Below are positions 57,399 to 64,000 of a stretch of 64,000 bases of DNA, piece by piece. Location of the stretch: contig CAWILU010000006.1 of the NCBI GenBank assembly GCA_963837055.1, positions 513,455 through 577,454 of the forward strand. Direction: 5' to 3'. The notes beneath the pieces are model-generated. The model saw only the letters and a program-made list of their open reading frames with translations. It ran no database searches and was not told the origin of the DNA. Numbering within the stretch: position 1 is the stretch's first letter; each line of letters opens with the position of its first letter. This DNA comes from an uncultured Acidobacteriota bacterium (GTDB lineage Bacteria > Actinomycetota > Acidimicrobiia > Spongiisociales > ZC4RG35). The position numbers and the translations under genes are program-made.

Positions 57399-57953
57399 AT
57401 GGATCAGTTCCGGCCCTCGCCCACCGAGTACGCCGTGCTCGGCGTTCTAGCCGACGGCCCGACCCATGGCTTTGCGATATCCAAGACACTCCAACCGGAG
57501 ACCGAGCTGGGGAGGGTGCTCACAGTCAGAAGGCCGTTGGTATACCGCGCACTAGACCGACTCGTGGATGCCGGGCTCGCCGAGGCGGTGCACACCGAGC
57601 CGGGGACCGGAGGCCCTAATCGAGTGATCCATCGGATCACCAGGTCAGGGAGGCGTCGTCTCGATATCTGGCTAAAGAGCCCAGTCGGCCACGTCAGAGA
57701 AATGCGCATCGAGTTCCAGCTGAAGTTGGCGGTGCTCCAGCGCCTGGGACGCTCGCCACTGCAACTGGTCGTGCTTCAGCGCCGCGCCCTCGAACCGACG
57801 CTGACCGCCCTCGACGTGTCGCCCTCCGGGCCACTGGACCATGTGGAGTTGTGGCGCCAGCACAACGCGGTGGCGGCGGCCTCGTATCTCGACAGCCTTG
57901 AACGGCATTACACCCGGAATTCGGTCCCGGGAAACGAAGACCCGCAGCGATAA
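57399..57953 (+). CDS. PadR family transcriptional regulator
   Basis: YAVLGVLADGPTHGFAISKTL ... LVYRALDRLVDAGLAE winged-helix PadR signature. The track ORF is extended 5'. Confidence 0.8.
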   Translation: MDQFRPSPTEYAVLGVLADGPTHGFAISKTLQPETELGRVLTVRRPLVYRALDRLVDAGLAEAVHTEPGTGGPNRVIHRITRSGRRRLDIWLKSPVGHVREMRIEFQLKLAVLQRLGRSPLQLVVLQRRALEPTLTALDVSPSGPLDHVELWRQHNAVAAASYLDSLERHYTRNSVPGNEDPQR

Positions 57954-57962
57954 AATTGGAAG

Positions 57963-58160
57963 GTGAAACCGGGTCTACGAATGGCGGTCGAAATGGTGGA
58001 GCTGGGGGCACAACTTCGTGCCCAGCGTCATCGCCGTGAGCAGCCCGACGCGACCGAGGACGAGGTATTGGATGTCGTCCTCGCCTGGCTATCCGAGCGG
58101 CCAATGGCTCCCGACGGTGATGCGGTCGGGAGGGTTACGACGTGGCCGAGGACGGCCTGA
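57963..58160 (+). CDS. small hypothetical protein overlapping the downstream nucleotidyltransferase gene (possible antitoxin-like partner)
   Basis: 65-aa ORF; 19-nt overlap with the next gene. No motif. Confidence 0.25.
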   Translation: MKPGLRMAVEMVELGAQLRAQRHRREQPDATEDEVLDVVLAWLSERPMAPDGDAVGRVTTWPRTA

Positions 58161-58753
58161 TCGATCTCGAGGCCAGTCTTCGGCGAAGGGTCGCCGACCT
58201 GGAAGATCTGAGAGTCGGATTCGCACTCGTCGGCGGGCTGGCAGTGTCGGTCCGAGCCGAGCCACGTCTGACCCGTGACGCAGACTTCGCCCTATCTGTG
58301 GCCAATGACGCCGAGGCCGAAGCCGCCGTGCGCCGTCTCGTCGCCGCCGGATATGCCCCCGGGCCTATGGTCGAGCAAGAGGCGACGGGCCGGCTCGCCG
58401 CCATCAGACTCACTCACCAGGATTATCCCGGGGTACTCACCGACCTCTTGTTCGCCTCATCGGGGATCGAGCAGGAGATCGTTGCGGCGGCGGAGCGCAT
58501 CGAGGTGCTACCGGGTCTGACCGTGCCGGTGGCCACGATCGGGCACCTCCTGGCGATGAAGCTATTGGCCCGCGACGACCGGAACCGTCCGGCCGACGCC
58601 GACGACTTACGCGCCCTGCGCCGGATCGCCGATGACCAGGCCTGGTCTACCGCCCACTCCGCGATCAGAGCGATCGTCGAACGCGGATACGACCGGGGTA
58701 GAGATCTCGAAGCGGCGCTCAAGGAGCTCCGTCACCAGGAGCCTTTCGGCTGA
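58142..58753 (+). CDS. nucleotidyltransferase (Pol-beta superfamily) family protein
   Basis: GGLAVSVRAEPRLTRDADFAL fits the hG[GS]x9-13[DE]h[DE]h NTase motif; about 200 aa. Confidence 0.5.
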   Translation: MAEDGLIDLEASLRRRVADLEDLRVGFALVGGLAVSVRAEPRLTRDADFALSVANDAEAEAAVRRLVAAGYAPGPMVEQEATGRLAAIRLTHQDYPGVLTDLLFASSGIEQEIVAAAERIEVLPGLTVPVATIGHLLAMKLLARDDRNRPADADDLRALRRIADDQAWSTAHSAIRAIVERGYDRGRDLEAALKELRHQEPFG

Positions 58754-58777
58754 TCGGACGGAGACCGCCTCGAGAGG

Positions 58778-59341
58778 TCAGGTCTGGAGACCGGCCTCGA
58801 TGTCGAACTCGACCCTGAATTTCTCGGAGACGAGCATCCCGCCTCCTTCGAGAGGCACGTTCCAGGTGAGACCCCATTCCTTCCGCTCGATCTCACCCAC
58901 CGCGGTGAAACCGGCCTTGGTGTTGCCATAGGGATCGGTCGTAGCGCCCTCGAAAGTCAGATCGAAAGTGACCGGATTGGTGACGCCCCGGATCGAGAGG
59001 TCACCTGTCAGCTTCCATTTCTTGCCCTTGGGCTCGAGACCTGTGGACTTGAAGGTGATCAGCGGATGCTGCTCCGCGTCGAGGAAATCCGCTGAGCGGA
59101 GATGTATATCCCGGTCCCGGGTGCCCGTGGTCACCGAAGATGCCTTCGCCTCGACCTCGACTCTGGACTCGAGCGGGTCCTCGCCGACGACGATCGTCCC
59201 ATCGAATTCTTCGAACGTGGCTCTCACTTTGGCCACCATCAGGTGACGGGCGATGATCCGGAGATCGGTGTGTGCGTGGTCGATCTCCCAGGTACCGGCT
59301 GCCGGTACCTCTCTTCCGTCAACACGCCGTGTGGCTGACAT
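58778..59341 (-). CDS. YceI family (polyisoprenoid-binding) protein
   Basis: WEIDHAHTDL ... FRSADFLDAEQHP ... GDLSIRGVT typical YceI beta-barrel. The start MSATRR is at 59341. Confidence 0.8.
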   Translation of the reverse strand: MSATRRVDGREVPAAGTWEIDHAHTDLRIIARHLMVAKVRATFEEFDGTIVVGEDPLESRVEVEAKASSVTTGTRDRDIHLRSADFLDAEQHPLITFKSTGLEPKGKKWKLTGDLSIRGVTNPVTFDLTFEGATTDPYGNTKAGFTAVGEIERKEWGLTWNVPLEGGGMLVSEKFRVEFDIEAGLQT

Positions 59342-59446
59342 GACTTGCTCCTTTTTTTTTGAAGGTACTTGAACTATCAACTATTGACAGTTCACGCATA
59401 TTCCCTCCAGAGCGATCGGCTTCCTCGGAAATGGGGTGTTCACCCG

Positions 59447-60407
59447 ATGGCGGTGGCTTTCGCGATCAGGCATGGTCGCATCATGGAGACTGCATTGCGG
59501 CCCACCCGGGGTCATGCGCTCTTTGCGATGGCGGTGACCATCGGAGGGATGAATTTCCTGGCGGTTCGTGTGAGCAACCGTGAGCTCGAGCCCTTTTGGG
59601 GGGCGGGCCTTCGTTTCAGTCTGGCCGCGGCCCTTTTCGTCACCTACACCCTTGTCCGGCGTCTGCCCTGGCCACGGGGCCGCCAACTTCTATTGACCGT
59701 TGTCTACGGGCTCGTCGGCATCTCGGGGTTCTATGCCCTCATGTACTGGGCCCTGGTGCGCGTCACAGCCGGAGCGGCCACGGTGGTCCTCGCCCTCGTC
59801 CCGCTGGTCACGCTGATCCTCGCCGGCGCCTTGGGATTGGAACGGCTCAGACGCAGAGCTGTCTTGGGGGCAGTGCTGGCACTGGCCGGGATCGCATGGA
59901 TGGTTCTCGGTCCGGGACAGATCGAGCTTCCCCCAACCGCACTGTTGGCGATGCTGGGAGCCACCTTCTGCACCGGCCTGAGCGTCATCGTGGGCAAGAT
60001 CCTCTCGGGCAATCACCCGGGAGTCACCAACGCAATTGCTCTCACTGTGGGCGCGGTTTCCCTACTCGTGATGTCGGCAGTGACCGGCGAACGCTGGGCT
60101 CTCCCACGAGCAGCCCGCGGTCAGGTGGTCGCTCGCCTACCTTGTGATCCTCGGGTCGGTTGGGCTGTTCGTCCTGCTCCTTCTGGTGGTTCGGCTGTGG
60201 ACGGCGTCGGCCACCGCCTATGCCTTCGTGTTGTTCCCGGTCGTCACGATGCTGCTCGGAGACTGGCTCCTGGACGAGCCGGTCACGTTCCACGGCGCGA
60301 CAGGCGCGACGTTGGTGATGGCGGGAGCATGGTTCGGCGCCTTGTCGCGGCCGAATCCCCGATCCGCGGCGGTCAATCCTGTCGAAGTGGCTGTCGAGCA
60401 CGGCTGA
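59447..60407 (+). pseudogene. DMT superfamily (EamA) transporter, frameshifted near 60105-60125
   Basis: The first EamA half is in ORF 59369-60427 (through ...VTGERWALP). The second half, WSLAYLVILGSVGLFVLL ... LLGDWLLDEPVTF, is in ORF 60144-60407 in another frame. Confidence 0.65.
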
Positions 60408-60436
60408 GCCCGATCCACCGTGGGTAGGGTCGAAGC

Positions 60437-61960
60437 ATGGCCTTCGCCGATGCGAAGCTCCGGGTTACGGAGCTGCTGGCATCGCTCTCGCTCGCCACTG
60501 ATCTCGGCACCGGTCAGCCTCTGGGTCACGGTCTACGGACCAGCCTGATCGCGGTCGCTACCGCCCGAGAATTGGGTTGCCCCCCGGAACAGGTCCGACA
60601 TGTCCAGCAGGTGTCCCTGATCCGTTTTCTTGGCTGCACCTCGGATTCGGACGACACCGCCCGCATGGCCGGGGGTGACGACCTGGCGTTCATGACAGCG
60701 TTTGCTCCGGCCCACCTCGGGAGTAAACGTGAGGCTCTTCGCGCGATCACACGATCAGTCGGAGCCGGTCAGCCCCTTGCCCGTCGAGCCCGACTGATCG
60801 CGATCGCAATCGCCAAACCTCCATCTGCTGCCGGTGGGCTCGCCGCTCATTGCGAGGTCGGCGCAATGCTGGCGAGACGGCTCGGTCTCGAGGACGAAGT
60901 CATCACAGCCCTCGAGCATGCCTACGAGCGCTGGGACGGGACGGGCGACCCCACCGGCCTGAAGGGCGACGAGATACCTCTCGAGACTCGCATCGCAGTC
61001 GTTGCCCGCGACGCAGACCTCTTCGCTCGAAGTGGTGAGGACGTGGGCGAGGTGTTCCGGTCACGCCAGGGTCACGCCTATGACCCCCGGGTAGTGGAGG
61101 CCGTCATCGGCCTTGACCCACTCCAGGGGGAAGCCGAATGGGATGAGGTGCTGAAGGCGGAGCCGGAACCGATTGGCGACCTCGACGACGTCGATCAGGC
61201 GCTGACGGCGATCGCCGACTACGTGGACCTGAAATCACCATGGACCCGGGGGCACTCGCGCACCGTCGCCGATCTGGCGGAGGAGGCGGGCCGCATCTCA
61301 GGTCTGGCCGATGCCCAGCACCAGCTGAGACGGGTGGCCCTGGTCCACGACCTGGGGCGGGTCGGGGTAGAGAACGGGATCTGGGACATGGAGGGGCCGC
61401 TGACAACCCCGGCGTCGGAAAAGGTCAGGCTCCACCCATATTGGACAGAGCGGGTCCTCTCCCGATGCGTTGCCCTGGCCGGGTTGGGGGAGATCGCCTC
61501 CAGTCACCACGAGCGGCTCGACGGCTCCGGCTACCACCGCCGGATGACCGGGGAACAGCTCTCCGATCGGGCGCGCATCCTGGCCGCCGCCGACATGATG
61601 GCGGCCCTGACCGCGGACCGGCCGCACCGCGCTCGTTTCGCCACCGAAGACGCGGCTCGAATGCTCGAAGCCGAAGTGGTAGCGGGCCGGCTCGATCTCG
61701 ACGCAGTCGCCGCAGTGATCGATGCGGCCGGCGGGCAGACGAAGCCGGTCAGGACGGCCAATCCCGGTGGCCTCACCGACCGGGAGGTGGAGGTGCTCAG
61801 TCTCCTCGGCCGGGGTCGTACCAACCGCCAGATCGGCGAGGAGCTCTTCATCTCGCCAAAGACCGTTGGGCGGCACATCGAGAACATCTACGGCAAGATC
61901 GCGGTATCGACCCGGGCGGGCGCAACGGTGTTCGCGATGGAGCATCGCCTCCTCGGATGA
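60437..61960 (+). CDS. LuxR-family transcriptional regulator with tandem HD / HD-GYP domains
   Basis: Second domain HHERLDGSGYHRRM (HD-GYP signature HHExxDGxGYP); first domain degenerate (HAYERWDGTGDP). C-terminal LuxR HTH LTDREVEVLSLLGRGRTNRQIGEELFISPKTVGRHIENIYGKI. Confidence 0.8.
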   Translation: MAFADAKLRVTELLASLSLATDLGTGQPLGHGLRTSLIAVATARELGCPPEQVRHVQQVSLIRFLGCTSDSDDTARMAGGDDLAFMTAFAPAHLGSKREALRAITRSVGAGQPLARRARLIAIAIAKPPSAAGGLAAHCEVGAMLARRLGLEDEVITALEHAYERWDGTGDPTGLKGDEIPLETRIAVVARDADLFARSGEDVGEVFRSRQGHAYDPRVVEAVIGLDPLQGEAEWDEVLKAEPEPIGDLDDVDQALTAIADYVDLKSPWTRGHSRTVADLAEEAGRISGLADAQHQLRRVALVHDLGRVGVENGIWDMEGPLTTPASEKVRLHPYWTERVLSRCVALAGLGEIASSHHERLDGSGYHRRMTGEQLSDRARILAAADMMAALTADRPHRARFATEDAARMLEAEVVAGRLDLDAVAAVIDAAGGQTKPVRTANPGGLTDREVEVLSLLGRGRTNRQIGEELFISPKTVGRHIENIYGKIAVSTRAGATVFAMEHRLLG

Positions 61961-62160
61961 GGCCTTGCAAGGAAGGTAGGATTTCGCCATGGGCGGCTTG
62001 TCCCGCCCGACCTTCGTATCGGCGCCCGCGCCGCCGACCCGGAAGGCAAAGGGGACCTCGAGTGCTCGGCAAGGTTGGGTTCGAACTGTGCGTGTCCACG
62101 CAATCGACGGTGAGCGCGGGTCACTGGTCTTTGCGGTCGAGACACGAGAAAGCAGTTGAG

Positions 62161-62811
62161 ATGACCCGACAAGAGACCTTCAAGCGCCGAATCCGAGAGC
62201 GGATGGAGAAGACCGGCGAGCGTTATGGTGCCGCCCGGCGCAACCTCATCGAACGAACCGCCGATGGAGGCCGGCAATGGGTGGCGGAGCCGGACATGGC
62301 CGACGAGACGCTGCGCGATGCCACCGGGCGAGGATGGGATGAGTGGTGTGACATCATCGACGCCTGGCCCGGCAAGGATGACGGCCACACCGCCATCGCC
62401 ACCTACGTACATGATGAGCTAGGAGTGGCGGGGTGGTGGGCCCAGACCGTGACCGTTGGGTATGAGCGGATATCGGGCCTGCGTCTTCCCTATCAACAGC
62501 CCGACGGGACCTTCAGCGCGAACAAGTCACGCACGGTCACGGCAGATGCCGATCTGATCAGACAGATGCTCTTGGAAGATGGCGACCGCGCCGATCTCTT
62601 CCCCGGGCTCGAGACCGAGCTTCGGTCTCGACCGACCTCCAAGACACTCCGGATCGGGATCGGGCCGGGAACTGCCCAGATCGCACTCGAACCGCAGGAC
62701 GACGACAGGGTGAAGGTGAGCATTGCCCACGACAAGCTCCCCAGCGCGGCGGCTGTCGAAGAATGGAAGGATTACTGGTCTGACTGGCTCCAGGCGATCG
62801 ACGATTCGTGA
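62161..62811 (+). CDS. hypothetical protein
   Basis: 216-aa ORF starting MTRQETF. The longer track ORF (61240-62811) overlaps the upstream gene in another frame and is an artefact. Confidence 0.45.
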   Translation: MTRQETFKRRIRERMEKTGERYGAARRNLIERTADGGRQWVAEPDMADETLRDATGRGWDEWCDIIDAWPGKDDGHTAIATYVHDELGVAGWWAQTVTVGYERISGLRLPYQQPDGTFSANKSRTVTADADLIRQMLLEDGDRADLFPGLETELRSRPTSKTLRIGIGPGTAQIALEPQDDDRVKVSIAHDKLPSAAAVEEWKDYWSDWLQAIDDS

Positions 62812-62852
62812 CCGCTAAGGCTCCCGGGGTCGCATGCCGATCATCTCCCGGG

Positions 62853-64000
62853 ATGACGATGCGGCGTGCCCTGATCGTGCTGACTGTGTTGGTGCTCGCC
62901 GCCCCGCCGGTTTCCGCTGACGACACGGTGGGGCTGGTCGATCCGGATGGCGGGCTTTGGTACCTACGCGACCGAAACGGGACGGTGACCAGCTTCTTCT
63001 ATGGGAATCCTGGTGACTTTCCAATGGCGGGCGACTGGGATTGTGACGGGATCGACACTCCAGGGTTGTATCGCCAGTCGGACGGGTTTGTCTATCTGCG
63101 TAACTCCAACAGTCAGGGGATCGCCAACGTCAGGTTCTTCTTCGGCAACCCAGGGGACATCCCATTGGCCGGAGACTTCGACGGTGACGGTTGTGACACG
63201 GTTTCCATCTACCGCGCCGCCGAGGCACGGATCTATGTGATCAACGAGTTGGGCGCCAACGATGGAGGACTGGGAGCAGCCGACTTCAATTACATCTTCG
63301 GCAATCCCGGGGACAAGCCCTTCGTCGGCGACTTCGACGGCAACGGGATCGACACCGTCGGCTTGCACCGGGAATCGACCGGATTCGTCTATTTCCGGAA
63401 CACCCACAGCCAGGGCAACGCCAACGCCCAGTTCTTCTTCGGGGACCCCGGAGACCGGTTGGTATCAGGTGACTGGGGAGTGATCGACGGAGTCGATACG
63501 CCAGCCGTGTTCCGTCCGACCAACACGACCTTCTACTTCCGCCACACCAACACCCAGGGCAACGCAGACAGCCAATTCGATTGGGGGTCTCCCACCTGGC
63601 TCCCGGTCGCCGGCTCCTACGGAGCCCTCCCCGGAACCGGGCCAGGCTCGGGCTGCTCGATCTTCCCCGCAGACAACATCTGGAACGCGCGGGTCGACTC
63701 CCTGCCAGTGCACGCGAGGTCCTCCCAATACGTCTCCCGGATCGGCGCTGCCGCCAACGTACACGCAGATCTCGGGAGTGGGGTGTGGCCGCCCGGGTCG
63801 ACCAGCCCGATCGGGATCCCCTACGTCACGGTTGGCGCCGGCCAGCCCGACGTCGCGGTCCAGTTCACCTCCTGGCCGGGAGAGAGTGACCCCGGGCCGT
63901 ACCCGATCCCGGCCAATGCCCCGATCGAAGGTGGTCCCTCCTCGTCGGGAGATCGGCATGTGATCGTCGTCGACAGCGCCGCCTGCACCCTGTTCGAGCT
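62853..64000 (+). CDS. secreted FG-GAP repeat (beta-propeller) protein, 5' partial (continues beyond the window end)
   Basis: Hand-translated; absent from the ORF track because there is no stop inside the window. Signal peptide MTMRRALIVLTVLVLAAPPVSA, then four repeats of about 50 aa: F(F/Y)GNPGD-x-P-x-GD(F/W)DGDG-x-DT-x5-R-x5-(Y/F)-x-R. Confidence 0.7.
   Translation, partial: MTMRRALIVLTVLVLAAPPVSADDTVGLVDPDGGLWYLRDRNGTVTSFFYGNPGDFPMAGDWDCDGIDTPGLYRQSDGFVYLRNSNSQGIANVRFFFGNPGDIPLAGDFDGDGCDTVSIYRAAEARIYVINELGANDGGLGAADFNYIFGNPGDKPFVGDFDGNGIDTVGLHRESTGFVYFRNTHSQGNANAQFFFGDPGDRLVSGDWGVIDGVDTPAVFRPTNTTFYFRHTNTQGNADSQFDWGSPTWLPVAGSYGALPGTGPGSGCSIFPADNIWNARVDSLPVHARSSQYVSRIGAAANVHADLGSGVWPPGSTSPIGIPYVTVGAGQPDVAVQFTSWPGESDPGPYPIPANAPIEGGPSSSGDRHVIVVDSAACTLFE

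Noticed and set aside
61961-62160. GC-rich 200-bp leader with small hairpins (GGGCGG-CTTGTC-CCGCCC) upstream of the 62161 gene, considered as a riboswitch or sRNA
   Set aside because: No recognisable riboswitch consensus elements. More likely a promoter/5'-UTR. Cannot be supported from sequence alone.
61240-62811. 523-aa ORF spanning the LuxR-HD-GYP gene 3' end and the downstream gene
   Set aside because: Only the part from ATG 62161 is plausible. The upstream portion overlaps the HD-GYP/LuxR gene in another frame and is R/G/P-rich.
1-64000. Prophage, integrative element or genomic island signatures
   Set aside because: No integrase, recombinase, transposase, phage structural genes or tRNA-flanking direct repeats. 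Composition is uniform across the window.

Overview
This 64 kb window is high-GC (roughly 68-70%) and reads as an actinobacterial-style chromosomal segment that is almost entirely coding. I found no CRISPR array, no transposase or integrase, and no rRNA. There is one tRNA, tRNA-Arg(ACG) at 52433-52509 on the minus strand.

Gene blocks from 5' to 3':
1. An ABC-2 type exporter (ATPase plus permease), a TfoX-N-like protein, an enoyl-CoA hydratase and a lipoprotein.
2. A large sugar-utilisation locus: Gfo/Idh/MocA oxidoreductases, a NagB-like deaminase, a PTE-like hydrolase, an FAD oxidoreductase, a xylose-isomerase-like TIM-barrel enzyme, a CUT2-type sugar ABC importer, a ROK regulator, an SIS protein and a ROK kinase. 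A convergent SDR-eda-deoC operon sits next to it.
3. The most unusual region, 23.3-36.5 kb:
 - Seven paralogous polytopic membrane proteins share a strongly conserved C-terminal cytoplasmic module of about 110 aa. I cannot assign this module to any named domain.
 - Six of the seven form a head-to-tail array on the minus strand with ATGA stop/start overlaps at four of the five junctions. The remaining junction (F/G) has a 22-nt overlap instead.
 - The array feeds directly into a partner-switching module: a GAF-PP2C-HATPase fusion and two STAS anti-sigma-factor antagonists.
 - A 913-aa AfsR/SARP-type regulator (SARP HTH, BTAD, P-loop NTPase, TPR) is transcribed divergently, across an intergenic region that carries repeated GTGAAAC / CGTTACG motifs.
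4. Further downstream:
 - A HisKA_3 two-component pair.
 - fabH.
 - A DmpA / class-III aminotransferase / deacetylase / S9 peptidase cluster.
 - An orphan histidine kinase with a lipoprotein.
 - DDAH, an FAD oxidoreductase and an HAD hydrolase.
 - A YgjP-like metallopeptidase.
 - modABC, divergent from a PadR regulator across a perfect 15-bp palindrome.
 - A YceI protein.
 - A DMT transporter.
 - A tandem HD-GYP / LuxR regulator.
 - The 5' part of a secreted FG-GAP repeat protein that runs off the window end.

At least six conserved genes are split by single frameshifts and one (the HAD hydrolase) has no usable start codon. Several breaks sit at short homopolymers, so uncorrected indel errors are more likely than true pseudogenes. 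Many long ORFs in the supplied track are antisense high-GC artefacts and are listed under rejected.
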